Notes: generated by a model not told the origin, from the sequence alone. A stretch of 64,000 nt of DNA from Eledone cirrhosa (GCA_964016885.1 OZ024745.1:37014001-37078000); one strand, 5' to 3'. Shown: positions 14,914-36,155, counted from the first letter of the stretch. A program made the numbers and translations.

Positions 14914-17900
14914 CTGAGAAAAGGAAAGAATCCGAAATATTACACTTTTCACTGCAACTGTACTTTTAAAATTCCAGCTCTGTTTTAGACACTCCTAAGA
15001 CACAAAATAAGCAAAGCCGTTAGAGCATCGAATAGAATGCTTATTGGTAATCATTCCAGCTCTCTGCGATCTGAGTTCAAATTCCAGCGAGGTGAACTTC
15101 ATAACTGGACCGGTACTAAATAATGTACCAGTTCAGTTCTAGGATAGTTTCTCCTCATCCTCTCTCTCCCCTCTCTCATTCTCTTTTCTTGGAAGAAACC
15201 AGCTGTTAAAACTAGAGCGGTATCTAAGAAGAATGAACTCTCATATAGAAAATACAAACAAAAACAACTCTATTCTCATTTTGTGTAATTAGTATTTATT
15301 TCGTCAAATATTCTGCGTTAGATTGTCGGATAGAATGAGTTCAAATTTCACCGAGCTCAACTTTTCCTTTCAACTTTTCGGATTCAAAAGTACCAATCAT
15401 ATACTGGTGCTGACCACCCTCTCTCTTCCACACTCTCCCGCTTTCACTCTCCCAGAGTTGGCTACATTGCATTGTAAAAGGGTCGTTGGTGACCACCAAC
15501 AGTTTCTACAATGTCAGAAAGGATCAGTGATGCTACTGACATAATAGTATTTCTACTGACTTCAGAACTACTCACATGTATAGATAAGGATGATGATAAA
15601 TCACTAAAGGAGGGTGAGATTAATGTTAATATTCAGCATTGTCTAGCATTTAAAACTTATCTTGTTAGATAGCCCGAGTAGTTAGACTATCTGAAAGTAC
15701 TACATTGGTATTTGAGGTCATCTAGCTTCGTACAGGATTGGGAAAACGTGTAGAGATAAAAAGAAATTATTATACTTTGGCTGTTATTTCTCATAAACGC
15801 TGGATTCTGTAGAATAGCGGTAATTAATCTTCATATATTGTAGCTAGGACCAGACAAGTGAAGCTTCTTAAATGGCAAATTGTATAATGTTTCTTTCGAA
15901 GTGACAATGTACATTTTGAGCCAGCGATAGATGGTCTCTAAACAACACAGACATACTAGGTAGTTAAAACATTTAATTCATCCATTTAAAGCTAATCGTG
16001 AATGGTAGATAGATAACCCTTTTCTTATATTTCTACTGAAAGATACTGTATATAATTTCAAATAGTTTAAAATAATCAATTTCAATGGATTTAGCAATAT
16101 AATCAACTTTCTCACTATTAAGGTGTCCGGAACATAACTTAAAGGTCTTTGCTTAAAATTATGGCGAAAAGAATTTTTTTAAGAAAAAATATAATCAGAT
16201 TAAAAGAAACAGCTTTGTACCATAGAACCAAAGGAAGCTTAGTATCAAAAGGGTTTAAAGAATAAAATATTTTTTCAAGGTTAATCTTAAAGATGTCATT
16301 CCTGCATTATTGCTATTATAAATACTACAGGAAGATTCTGCATTCCAATAAGCCATGCTGCCGCTATAAAATATACATGCAGTGTTATCCACAAGAAACA
16401 TTGTCTAGATCGCAAAACCAAAGAAATTATAGACGGACCATGAATAGAATGTTTGAATTAGAAGAATGATCAAGATTGCCAACAAATAACTATCGGTCTT
16501 AACACAAATCAACAAGAAGAGCCTCTACGTGGTTCTTCGACCTGCTAGAAATATTATCCAAATCTCTGACCTTTTTATAATAAAGAAAGAACAAATTATC
16601 CAATGTAATCCTTCGTACACTATGTCTGAGTAATTGTTAGAATGACATTGATCATAGGCAAGTCATCCCAATCAGACCTGGCTTATGGCTAAGCAACAAC
16701 AACAAATCTGACCCTATCTTTTAAAACAAGAAACAGACAGTATATCCTGTAGTCGCCGACAACCAGTCAATCACCCATGAGGTGCAAATACTTCATCAAC
16801 AGCTGTAGGGAAGAAGAACACTTATTGCAAACAAATTCGCAGCCTAGAAATTTAAAAACCTTAACTACGAATTATTATTTACTTGTCACAGAGCACCAAA
16901 ATACTTAGAAATAAATAATTATGTTAATACGAGGCGATTGGGATCTCTAGCTTAGAGTATCTCCATATTTCGACAGAAACAAGAACTAAAAACAAAATAA
17001 ACATTTAGACCCACAAATTGAAAGCATAGAATGTAATGAAAATGTATATAAACGGATTATTTAACACACAAACATTTCTAGTCTCACAGGAAATAGAGAT
17101 AATTATTCATAAACTCTATGATGTGCAAATAATTAATTCGTATAACTGGTGCGAAAATAATTAATCCCTATATTTTATCTTCTTTTTTTTTACAGTTTTG
17201 GGCTGTCTTCCAGTCTGCCTTTCCCTTGAAAAATACAACACACATATCAACCAGTCTTGCTTCCCCGGTGTAGATTGCTTCATCGCCATGCTACTGCGTT
17301 TAGTCAGGGATGGCAGTGTAGCACCCATAACGCTTTATTTATTTCAGGACATACGAGACTCATTGAAAGAATGGAGGAAATTGTCCTGAAACCGGAGACC
17401 CGACGCGAATACTTGCAACAGAATGAACTTCGATAAAGGCACCCAAGATCCTGAGATGTTAAAATAGAGTGACGGATTAAGTCTAACACCTGGCCAATTT
17501 TGTTTGAGCATTGATTTTCAAATAAGAGTCACCAAATAAGTCATTCTGGGTGTTTGTTGGAGGCGAATTAGCAAAATTGTTAGATAGTCGGATTATATGC
17601 CTCAGTATTAAGTCCGGTTCTCTGTGCACTGAGTTCAAATTCCGTCGCTGCTAATTTTGTCTTTCCTTTCAGGATCAATAAATAAAGTACAAGTCCAGGA
17701 ACGACGATTTTGTGTTCTGAATTTAAATACCACCTCCTTCTACGAGGAATTTTGATCGATAGAGAATATCTCCAATAAAAACAGTTTGATTGGCCTGAGC
17801 TGACGATTGGCACCTTTTTTTTCATGAAATGTCCAACAGGGAGAATAAAGATGGCCAACAATGTCGGCTAAGTTGTTGGAGCAGAGTGACATTTCTGAAC

Positions 17901-18153
17901 CATTATGTTCCTTCTATACATCGTTTTGGTACAAGGATGAAACTAATTAATGAAAATTAATTAATTCCTGTGCTTAAGGTAAGCTGCGCAATTTCCCACT
18001 CGTAAATCCAATGCATATACAAGTAAAATAGGTAACTTTTTAAACAACGTGTACACCACATAAACAACAGCAAATGAATAACAGCTTTTCATATCGAGAC
18101 TGCTTGGATCAAAATTCAAATTTGCTTCTGGACTTGAAGGAAATAATACTTAC

Positions 18154-18231
18154 TGTAGTAGTGACACTAGGTTTAACTGGAAGGATGATTTCAATAGGGT
18201 AATGGTCACTGACACTCATTGCTTCGCCCAG
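18154..18231 (-). CDS. DNASE1: DNase I-family exon with the second catalytic His (LGEAMSVSDHYPIEIILPVKPSVTTT)
   Basis: tttatttcag acceptor in phase 0; SDHYP motif; followed by gtaagt donor; follows a 19.2-kb intron. Confidence 0.88.
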
Positions 18232-18291
18232 CTGAAATAAACAAGATTGAGTAGAACAATTATATATTTATTGTGGGACGTTCACACACAC

Positions 18292-18927
<636 letters not shown>

Positions 18928-19236
18928 GTAGGAGGTGAGTTTTATTGTAGTACAATAAAGCAATGCAGATATCGGATAAGAAGCACTCTACAGTTTGTAG
19001 GACTGGAGTATACATAATATAAGATCAAAAGATGGTTAAAGGAGTTCCATGTATTTTATTATGCGCATTTCAAAATATGTTGATTTAAAACTGCACTATC
19101 CACAAGTGTTTTTTAGCCTTCATATCATGTTCTCCTGTTTTATCGGATGAAAACACAAATATTATTGCATGATGATGTTTGTTTTTGAAATGCGCATAAT
19201 AAAATACATGGAACTCCTTTAACCATCTTTTGATCT

Positions 19237-19319
<83 letters not shown>

Positions 19320-19329
19320 AACCAGTAAG

Positions 19330-19423
19330 ACCCCGACAGCTGAGCTCAAGCCGTTTCGACGGCTAATTCTGGACTAAATGAAAATTTATCCTGGTATTTA
19401 AATAGCCGATCTTCTCAAGGGGT
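19330..19423 (-). ncRNA. Type I hammerhead ribozyme with a U3-A8 core at the Penelope 3' end
   Basis: ACCCC TTGAGAA GATCGGCTA...TAGCCGTC GAA ACGGCTTGAGCTCAGCTGT C^ GGGGT. Confidence 0.72.
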
Positions 19424-20533
19424 AATTCCATATATGGTCAAAGTGATTGTCAAAAATCAGTAGTAATTCTGTGGTTGCAAATTAGTAGGGGAGATGGTGG
19501 CTAAACCTGCCAGTAGGAGAAAGAGGGGAGGGGGTGGAGTAGACCCAATCAAGCGTTGGTAGTGCCAGCTACAGCTGGGCATGAGGTCAAAGAAGATACA
19601 GGGGAGGGGGAGGGGGAGGAAGTCGGAACGGTAGGTAGAACAATGGGGGGTAGAAATAGGAAAGAAAAAATACTGAGAGTGAAGAAAAGCAAATAAGTGT
19701 AAAGAAAAAAGTAAAGTAAATTAAATTCTACGACCTAGGTGTCAGGCTATTGTTAGGCGAGAATAAAATAAAGAAAGAAAGAAAGAAGTAAATAAATAAA
19801 TAAATAAATAAATAAGGAAATAAGTAAAAGAACTAGGTGGGACGAAATAGGCAAGGACCCTTTTAAGAGGTATAAGTACGTAAATGATACGGTGACGGGT
19901 CAACAAAAGGGGCCAAAATACTAAAGAGACTACCACGAAATAAACAATAAAGGTTTCCATCCCGGGCCAGCAACGGCCCAGTGCAGCAAAGTGAACTTGT
20001 ACGAGATAATAATTCTGAGTCCCGAGAAAAATATATACTAATGCTAACTCTAAAAGATCTAAAACAAGCTACATGAAAGTTCGTACGAAATAAAGGTAGA
20101 ATACGGAGAAATAAATTCAGAATCCACCCCGCCCAGAAGAAAAGCGAAGCAAGAAATACTGAAACGAAAAAATAAGGCATAAGTGCCACTAAGAAATATA
20201 GAGGGCACAGAGAATAGTGGGAGCGGTCGGAAAAAGGGGGCAAGTATCCGGGGTCTAAGCCAACTGCTATAAAGGGCGGAGTCCGCCAAATCTATCAAAT
20301 ACTAGGGGAGGGGGGTGGGGGTACTAAGGCTACATGGGGCCAAAGGGCAGCCTCGGGTGGGCGAGAAAAGACGCCGACAAAGGAGAAGAGCTGGGGTAGA
20401 AGGACAAAGGAAAGAGGGGGGGGGGGAGGAAATAAAGGAAGCGATAAAAGAATACAAAGAAGATCTTACGTCTTCCTTGGCAAGCAGGGGTTACCCATTG
20501 CAAAATCGGCAACTGGGGTGTTATAGCCCTAGT

Positions 20534-21877
20534 CTACCCCCCCGGGTCATTATGGGGTTTGAGGGCGAGGTAAGTCCTACGCAATCTATGTTTACATGCA
20601 GTAACCAGTTCATCTTTCTTGTTTAGGAGTTGGTCCGTCGAAAACAGCATTTGTAAAGTTTCCTCCGAGCATAAATTGCACGGACGGCGTCCTCCCGTGT
20701 AAGAATTGGCTCTGGACAGTAATCTCCAAGTGAGATCATAGGTGATGTTGTTGTCCTTGAGGTCCCATATGTGGCCCGAAAGTGTAGTGGCGTGACGCCG
20801 GGCCGGGTTTCGGAAGGTATGTCTATGTTGGTATAGCCGGGTCTTGAAGTCACATGCGGTAAGTCCTATATAGGCTTTGTTGGAGGTATCCGTCCTCACG
20901 TTGCACTGGTAGATCACATTACGGTCTCTGCATCTATTGTCGAGTGGGCAAATAGATCTATCCGGGCAGTTACACCTCCTGGTCGGTTCTCCACTGCTAT
21001 TTAGGTTATTTCTGCCATCGGGGTTGAGTTTTTTGTTGTTAGAGGAGACGATGTTTTGTGCGAAGTTTGGTGTAGTGCTGTAAGAGAGTTTGATGGTATT
21101 TTTGTTAATTATGTTGTGGTAGCAGTGTTGTAATGGGAAGTGTTTTTCAATGAGCCTAAAGAATAGTTTCCCGATGGGAGTAGTCACCTCTGCGTTGTGG
21201 GGAGGATTGAACCATGTTACATTGCGTGAGCGGCGGTGTCTCCTGCTGGTTCCGCTAATGGGAGCTGGACAGTAGGATATTTCCTCCCGGAAACCACTCC
21301 GCTTGAGGGCCTGGTTGTAATAAGGCGCATGTTCATCGAATATCCGCTCATTAGCTGACAAACGGGATATGCGGAGGGAGATGTTTTTGACCAGGTTGTT
21401 TGTGATGTTCCTAGGATGGTTTGTTCGGCGGTGGATGTAGTGCAGATTGTCATTAGGTTTCCTGTATGGGTAGTACAGGTCGTTTTCGAGGTCGAGGGTT
21501 ACGTCCAGGAAGTTTACTCGGGTCAGGGACGTTTGTAGGGTTATTTTAAATCCCCAGTCGCGGAAGAATCTGATTAATTGTTTCCGGACCCGATCTGTAC
21601 TACTGGGGTTGTACCCTTTAAGGGTAAGGAGCCCATCATCACGGTACAATCCACCACCGAATGCAGGAAACATATCAGTGAGTTTGGCTATTAGGAATAA
21701 TTCTATAAGATCAGTGACCTCCGCCGAATCCGTGGCGCCCATGCTGACGTCGAAGGGTGAGTCGGGAGCTCTTTTTATCCATTTAGAGTCGTCAAAGAGT
21801 AAGACTGTCTTCCTGGCGTGGAGGATGATTTTTCTTTCCTGGTCGGTGATGGGCACGAGTGTTTCGGCGAAGTCCAA
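20534..21877 (-). CDS. Penelope-like RT (C-terminal part) + GIY-YIG endonuclease, 447 aa, 5'-truncated
   Basis: VSMG and YRDD RT motifs, FLDVTL, WFNPP, CxCx5Cx5C linker ([15 protein letters not shown]), VIYQ...YIG, terminal CxxC...CxH. Confidence 0.9.
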   Translation of the reverse strand: MDFAETLVPITDQERKIILHARKTVLLFDDSKWIKRAPDSPFDVSMGATDSAEVTDLIELFLIAKLTDMFPAFGGGLYRDDGLLTLKGYNPSSTDRVRKQLIRFFRDWGFKITLQTSLTRVNFLDVTLDLENDLYYPYRKPNDNLHYIHRRTNHPRNITNNLVKNISLRISRLSANERIFDEHAPYYNQALKRSGFREEISYCPAPISGTSRRHRRSRNVTWFNPPHNAEVTTPIGKLFFRLIEKHFPLQHCYHNIINKNTIKLSYSTTPNFAQNIVSSNNKKLNPDGRNNLNSSGEPTRRCNCPDRSICPLDNRCRDRNVIYQCNVRTDTSNKAYIGLTACDFKTRLYQHRHTFRNPARRHATTLSGHIWDLKDNNITYDLTWRLLSRANSYTGGRRPCNLCSEETLQMLFSTDQLLNKKDELVTACKHRLRRTYLALKPHNDPGG

Positions 21878-21899
21878 GGCGGCAGTAATATATATAATG

Positions 21900-21931
<32 letters not shown>

Positions 21932-21938
21932 ATATATG

Positions 21939-22153
<215 letters not shown>

Positions 22154-22218
22154 TATATGTATGTATATATATATATATAATATTGTATATATATGTATGT
22201 ATATATAGTATATATATG

Positions 22219-22285
<67 letters not shown>

Positions 22286-22343
22286 GTATATATATATATG
22301 TTATATATATATATATATATATATAATATTGTATATATATATG

Positions 22344-22412
<69 letters not shown>

Positions 22413-22441
22413 GTATATATATATATATTATGTATATATGT

Positions 22442-22491
<50 letters not shown>

Positions 22492-22541
22492 TGTATATAT
22501 ATGTATGTATATATATGTATATATATGTATATATATATATG

Positions 22542-22604
<63 letters not shown>

Positions 22605-22972
22605 ATTATATATGTATATATTATATATGTATATATATATATGTATATATATATGTATATATATATGTATATATATATATGTATATATATATGTATATAT
22701 ATATGTATATATATATATGTATATATATATATGTATATATATATGTTATATATATATATTGTATATATATATGTATATATATATATGTATATATATATGT
22801 ATATATATATGTATATATATATGTATATATATATATGTATATATATATATGTATATATATATGTATATATATATATGTATATATATATATGTATATATAT
22901 ATGTATATATGTATATATATATATATGTATATATATATGTATATATATATATATGTATATATATATTATATG

Positions 22973-23010
<38 letters not shown>

Positions 23011-23017
23011 ATATATG

Positions 23018-23052
<35 letters not shown>

Positions 23053-23058
23053 TATATG

Positions 23059-23150
<92 letters not shown>

Positions 23151-23161
23151 ATATATATTTG

Positions 23162-23224
<63 letters not shown>

Positions 23225-23281
23225 GTATATATATATATGTATATATATATATGTATATATATATATGTATATATATATATG

Positions 23282-23314
<33 letters not shown>

Positions 23315-23381
23315 GATATATATGTATATATATATATATATGGATATATATGTATATAATATATATATATGTATATATATG

Positions 23382-23414
<33 letters not shown>

Positions 23415-23415
23415 G

Positions 23416-23450
<35 letters not shown>

Positions 23451-23576
23451 GTATTATATATATATATATGTATATATATATGTATATATATATATATATG
23501 TATATATATATGTATATATATATATGTATATATATTATATATATATATGTATATATATATATGTATTATATATATG

Positions 23577-23611
<35 letters not shown>

Positions 23612-23624
23612 GTATATATATATG

Positions 23625-23695
<71 letters not shown>

Positions 23696-23708
23696 GTATA
23701 TATATATG

Positions 23709-23792
<84 letters not shown>

Positions 23793-23801
23793 TATATGTG
23801 T

Positions 23802-23862
<61 letters not shown>

Positions 23863-23930
23863 GTATATATATATTATATATATGTATATTATATGTATAT
23901 ATATATATGTATATATATATATGTATATAA

Positions 23931-23995
<65 letters not shown>

Positions 23996-23996
23996 T

Positions 23997-24029
<33 letters not shown>

Positions 24030-24189
24030 ATATATATATATGTATATATATATATGTATATATATATATATGTGTATATATATATATGTATATATATATG
24101 TATATATATATGTATATATATACGTATATATATATGTATATATATATATATATATATTTATGTATATATATATATATATTTATGTATAA

Positions 24190-24273
<84 letters not shown>

Positions 24274-24417
24274 ATATATAAATATATATATATATTTGTA
24301 TGTATATATATATAATATATATATATGTATGTATATATATATATATATAAATATGTATATATATATATATATATATGTATGTATATATATATGTGTATAT
24401 GTATATATATATATATA

Positions 24418-24454
<37 letters not shown>

Positions 24455-24567
24455 ATATATATGTATATGTACATATATATGTATGTATATATATATATAT
24501 GTATATGTACATATATATATATGATGTATATATATATATATATGTATATGTATATATATATATAGTA

Positions 24568-24645
<78 letters not shown>

Positions 24646-24912
24646 GTATATATATATATATGAATTATATATTTATATATATGTATATTTATAATAATGT
24701 ATGTATATATATATATATATGTATGTATATATATATATGTATGTATATATATACATATGTATGTATATATATATATTATGTATGTATGTATATATATATA
24801 TATGATGTATGATATATATATATGTATGTATATATATATATATATAATATGTATATATATATATATATATGTATATAATATATATATATGTGGTATATAT
24901 ATATATAATGTT

Positions 24913-24991
<79 letters not shown>

Positions 24992-25032
24992 ATACATATA
25001 GATATATATGTATATATATATATATATATATA

Positions 25033-25125
<93 letters not shown>

Positions 25126-25154
25126 GTATATTATATATATATATATATAATATG

Positions 25155-25187
<33 letters not shown>

Positions 25188-25198
25188 GTATATATATG

Positions 25199-25236
<38 letters not shown>

Positions 25237-25245
25237 ATATATATG

Positions 25246-25276
<31 letters not shown>

Positions 25277-25281
25277 GTATA

Positions 25282-25322
<41 letters not shown>

Positions 25323-25369
25323 TACATATATTTATATATATATGTATGTATATATATAAATGCATGTAT

Positions 25370-25569
25370 NNNNNNNNNNNNNNNNNNNNNNNNNNNNNNN
25401 NNNNNNNNNNNNNNNNNNNNNNNNNNNNNNNNNNNNNNNNNNNNNNNNNNNNNNNNNNNNNNNNNNNNNNNNNNNNNNNNNNNNNNNNNNNNNNNNNNNN
25501 NNNNNNNNNNNNNNNNNNNNNNNNNNNNNNNNNNNNNNNNNNNNNNNNNNNNNNNNNNNNNNNNNNNNN
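25370..25569. other. Assembly gap (200 N)
   Basis: Run of N. Confidence 1.
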
Positions 25570-25573
25570 ATAT

Positions 25574-25676
<103 letters not shown>

Positions 25677-25696
25677 TATATATTAGTATATATGTA

Positions 25697-25736
<40 letters not shown>

Positions 25737-25763
25737 GTATATATATAGTATATATATTATATG

Positions 25764-25794
<31 letters not shown>

Positions 25795-26384
25795 GTATAT
25801 ATATATATGTATATATATATTATATATATATATATATGTATATATGTATATATATATATATGTATATATATATATTATATATATATATATTATATATATA
25901 TGTATATATATATGTATATATATATATATATAGTATATATATATGTATATATATATAGTATATATATTTATGTATATATAATATATATATTATGTATAAT
26001 ATATATATATGTATATATATATATGTATATATATAATATATATATATATTATATAATATATATATATATATATATATGTATGTATATATATAAATATATA
26101 TATATATTTGTATGTTATATATATATATATATATATATATTGTATGTATATATATATATATATAATATATATATGTATATATATATATATATATATGTAT
26201 GTATATATATATGTGTATATGTATATATATATATATATATATGTATATGTACATATATATATATGTATGTATATATATATATATGTATATGTACATATAT
26301 ATGTATGTATATATATATATATGTATATGTACATATATATATATGAATGTATATATATATATATATGTATATGTTATATATATA

Positions 26385-26437
<53 letters not shown>

Positions 26438-26438
26438 G

Positions 26439-26496
<58 letters not shown>

Positions 26497-26497
26497 G

Positions 26498-26528
<31 letters not shown>

Positions 26529-26679
26529 GTATGTATATATATATATATGTATGTATATATATATATATATGTATGTATATATATATATATGTATGTATAT
26601 ATATACATATGTATGTATATATATATATATGTATGTATGTATATATATATATATGTATGTATATATATATATATGTATG

Positions 26680-26736
<57 letters not shown>

Positions 26737-26751
26737 GTGTATATATATATA

Positions 26752-26838
<87 letters not shown>

Positions 26839-26842
26839 ATAC

Positions 26843-27028
<186 letters not shown>

Positions 27029-27039
27029 GTATATATATG

Positions 27040-27165
<126 letters not shown>

Positions 27166-27369
27166 TACATATATTTATATATATATGTATGTATATATAT
27201 AAATGCATGTATATATATATATAATATGTATGTATATATATATATGTATGTATATATATATATATATATGTATGTATATATATATATATGTATGTATATA
27301 TATATATATGTATGTATATATATTATATATATGTATGTATGTATATATATATATATATATATACATATA

Positions 27370-27548
<179 letters not shown>

Positions 27549-27561
27549 GTATATATATATG

Positions 27562-27596
<35 letters not shown>

Positions 27597-27597
27597 G

Positions 27598-27700
<103 letters not shown>

Positions 27701-27717
27701 GTATATATATATATATG

Positions 27718-27850
<133 letters not shown>

Positions 27851-27851
27851 G

Positions 27852-27884
<33 letters not shown>

Positions 27885-27920
27885 GTATATATATATATGT
27901 ATATATATATATGTATATAA

Positions 27921-28068
<148 letters not shown>

Positions 28069-28188
28069 GTGTATATATATATATGTATATATATATGTAT
28101 ATATATATGTATATATATACGTATATATATATGTATATATATATATATATATATTTATGTATATATATATATATATATTTATGTATAA

Positions 28189-28219
<31 letters not shown>

Positions 28220-28228
28220 TATGTATAA

Positions 28229-28308
<80 letters not shown>

Positions 28309-28337
28309 ATATATAAATATATATATATATTTGTATG

Positions 28338-28407
<70 letters not shown>

Positions 28408-28583
28408 TGTATGTATATATATATGTGTATATGTATATATATATATATATATGTATATGTACATATATATATATGTATGTATATATATATATATGTATAT
28501 GTACATATATATGTATGTATATATATATATATGTATATGTACATATATATATATGAATGTATATATATATATATATGTATATG

Positions 28584-28732
<149 letters not shown>

Positions 28733-28885
28733 GTATGTATATATATATATATGTATGTATATATATATATATATGTATGTATATATATATATATATGTAT
28801 GTATATATATACATATGTATGTATATATATATATATGTATGTATGTATATATATATATATGTATGTATATATATATATATGTATG

Positions 28886-28942
<57 letters not shown>

Positions 28943-28957
28943 GTGTATATATATATA

Positions 28958-29037
<80 letters not shown>

Positions 29038-29187
29038 AATGCTCTGAAATAGCGATATATATGTGAGTATAGACATAGAATATTCGAAAATATTCTGTAT
29101 GTTTATAATAAACATTTTGAAGACCTAATCGCTATAGAATAGAATACGTCACGTATTACAATTAGATTCTCGATAAAAGCAAGGGAA

Positions 29188-29230
29188 GTAATCTACGCGT
29201 TTCATTCTTGTTAGAATTCATCAGGACTAC
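29188..29230 (-). ncRNA. Type I hammerhead ribozyme, left arm of palindrome
   Basis: Exact reverse complement of 29297-29339. Confidence 0.8.
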
Positions 29231-29296
29231 ATATCCAGTGCTTTTATCGAGAATGACACAGCTAGCTGTGTCATTCTCGATAAAAGCACTGGATAT

Positions 29297-29339
29297 GTAG
29301 TCCTGATGAATTCTAACAAGAATGAAACGCGTAGATTAC
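29297..29339 (+). ncRNA. Type I hammerhead ribozyme, right arm of palindrome
   Basis: GTAGTC CTGATGA ATTCT-AACA-AGAAT GAA ACGCGT A^ GATTAC; outer extension attctcgataaaagca / tgcttttatcgagaat. Confidence 0.82.
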
Positions 29340-29461
29340 TTCCCTTGCTTTTATCGAGAATCTAATTGTAATACGTGACGTATTCTATTCTATAGCGATT
29401 AGGTCTTCAAAATGTTTATTATAAACATACAGAATATTTTCGAATATTCTATGTCTATACT

Positions 29462-29597
<136 letters not shown>

Positions 29598-29656
29598 ATA
29601 TATATATGTATATATATATATATATGTATATATATGTATATATATATATATATATT

Positions 29657-29706
<50 letters not shown>

Positions 29707-29713
29707 ATGTATA

Positions 29714-29771
<58 letters not shown>

Positions 29772-29971
29772 TACATATATTTATATATATATGTATGTAT
29801 ATATATAAATGCATGTATATATATATATATATGTATGTATATATATATATGTATGTATATATATATATATATATGTATGTATATATATATATATGTATGT
29901 ATATATATATATATGTATGTATATATATATATATATGTATGTATGTATATATATATATATATATACATATA

Positions 29972-30003
<32 letters not shown>

Positions 30004-30004
30004 G

Positions 30005-30223
<219 letters not shown>

Positions 30224-30284
30224 ATATATATATATGTATGTATATATATATATATATGTATGTATATATATATATATATATATG

Positions 30285-30325
<41 letters not shown>

Positions 30326-30394
30326 ATATATATATATGTATGTATGTATATATATATATATATATGTATGTATATAAATATATATGTATGTATG

Positions 30395-30539
<145 letters not shown>

Positions 30540-30761
30540 ATATATATATATGTAGGAGGTGAGTTTTATTGTAGTACAATAAAGCAATGCAGATATCGGA
30601 TAAGAAGCACTCTACAGTTTGTAGGACTGGAGTATACATAATATAAGATCAAAAGATGGTTAAAGGAGTTCCATGTATTTTATTATGCGCATTTCAAAAT
30701 ATGTTGATTTAAAACTGCACTATCCACAAGTGTTTTCTAGCCTTCATATCATGTTCTCCTG

Positions 30762-30828
30762 TTTTATCTGATGAAAACACAAATATTATTGCATGATGAT
30801 GTTTGTTTTTGAAATGCGCATAATAAAA
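30762..30828 (+). ncRNA. Type I hammerhead ribozyme; a core-mutated twin lies at 19138-19204
   Basis: TTTTAT CTGATGA AAAC-ACAAATAT...ATGTTTGT-TTTT GAA ATGCGCAT A^ ATAAAA. Confidence 0.68.
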
Positions 30829-30860
30829 TACATGGAACTCCTTTAACCATCTTTTGATCT

Positions 30861-31009
<149 letters not shown>

Positions 31010-31022
31010 GTATATATATATG

Positions 31023-31077
<55 letters not shown>

Positions 31078-31092
31078 GTATATATATATATG

Positions 31093-31167
<75 letters not shown>

Positions 31168-31289
31168 GTATGTATATATATATGTATATATATATATGTA
31201 TATATATATATGTATATATATATATATGTATATATATGTATCTATATATATATATATATTGTATATATATATATATATGTATATATATG

Positions 31290-31320
<31 letters not shown>

Positions 31321-31331
31321 GTATATATATG

Positions 31332-31372
<41 letters not shown>

Positions 31373-31383
31373 GTATATATATG

Positions 31384-31422
<39 letters not shown>

Positions 31423-31433
31423 GTATATATATG

Positions 31434-31582
<149 letters not shown>

Positions 31583-31593
31583 GTATATATATG

Positions 31594-32265
<672 letters not shown>

Positions 32266-32276
32266 GTATATATATG

Positions 32277-32309
<33 letters not shown>

Positions 32310-32336
32310 GTATATATATGTATATGTATATATATG

Positions 32337-32367
<31 letters not shown>

Positions 32368-32410
32368 GTATATATATATGTATATATATGTATATATATA
32401 TATATATATG

Positions 32411-32484
<74 letters not shown>

Positions 32485-32565
32485 CATATATATATATATA
32501 TATGTATATATATACATATATATATATATATATGTATATATATGTAATATATATATATATGTATA

Positions 32566-32644
<79 letters not shown>

Positions 32645-32651
32645 GTATATA

Positions 32652-32682
<31 letters not shown>

Positions 32683-32687
32683 GTATA

Positions 32688-32936
<249 letters not shown>

Positions 32937-32937
32937 G

Positions 32938-33074
<137 letters not shown>

Positions 33075-33082
33075 GTATATAT

Positions 33083-33242
<160 letters not shown>

Positions 33243-33273
33243 GTATATATATATATATGTATATATATATATG

Positions 33274-33410
<137 letters not shown>

Positions 33411-33411
33411 G

Positions 33412-33464
<53 letters not shown>

Positions 33465-33637
33465 GTATGTATATATATGTATATATGTATATATATATAT
33501 GTATATATATATATATGTATGTATATATATGTATATATGTATATATATATATGTATATATGTATATATATATATGTATATATGTATATATATATATATCT
33601 ATATATATGTGTATATATATATATGTATATATATATG

Positions 33638-33668
<31 letters not shown>

Positions 33669-33681
33669 GTATATATATATG

Positions 33682-33715
<34 letters not shown>

Positions 33716-33775
33716 TATTTATGTATATATATATATATATTTATGTATAAATATATATATATATATATATATATT

Positions 33776-33885
<110 letters not shown>

Positions 33886-33941
33886 TATTTATGTATATAT
33901 ATACATATATTTATGTATATATATATATATATATATTTATG

Positions 33942-33975
<34 letters not shown>

Positions 33976-33981
33976 TTTATG

Positions 33982-34089
<108 letters not shown>

Positions 34090-34096
34090 GTATATA

Positions 34097-34337
<241 letters not shown>

Positions 34338-34364
34338 GTATGTATATATATATATGTATGTATG

Positions 34365-34401
<37 letters not shown>

Positions 34402-34430
34402 GTATGTATATATATATATATATATGTATG

Positions 34431-34463
<33 letters not shown>

Positions 34464-34590
34464 ATATATATATATATATGTATGTATATATATATATATA
34501 TGTATGTATATATATATATATGTATGTATATATATATATATGTATGTATATATATATATATGTATGTATGTATATATATATGTATGTATG

Positions 34591-34621
<31 letters not shown>

Positions 34622-34678
34622 ATATATATGTATGTATGTATATATATATATATATATGTATGTATATATATATATATG

Positions 34679-35079
<401 letters not shown>

Positions 35080-35088
35080 GTATATATG

Positions 35089-35231
<143 letters not shown>

Positions 35232-35258
35232 GTATATATATATGTATTTATATATATG

Positions 35259-35375
<117 letters not shown>

Positions 35376-35400
35376 GTATGTATATATATATATATTATAC

Positions 35401-35482
<82 letters not shown>

Positions 35483-35521
35483 GTACATATATGTATATAT
35501 ATATATATATGTACATATATG

Positions 35522-35697
<176 letters not shown>

Positions 35698-35734
35698 ATG
35701 TATATATATATATATAATATATTATATATATATG

Positions 35735-35920
<186 letters not shown>

Positions 35921-35944
35921 GTGTATATATATATATATATGTAA

Positions 35945-35997
<53 letters not shown>

Positions 35998-36025
35998 GTA
36001 TATATATATATATTTATATATATAC

Positions 36026-36101
<76 letters not shown>

Positions 36102-36110
36102 ATATATATC

Positions 36111-36155
<45 letters not shown>

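Larger units (their letters stand above)
19317..21887 (-). mobile_element. 5'-truncated Penelope-like retroelement, probably Naiad clade, inserted in (TA)n
   Basis: RT + GIY-YIG ORF, ~1.2-kb 3' region ending in an HHR, both ends abut TA tracts. Confidence 0.88.

Noticed and set aside
172-17500. Short ORFs and isolated plus-strand splice-like sites (e.g. ~4950, ~10715, ~11664, ~17196)
   Set aside because: No recognisable protein similarity or consistent exon chain
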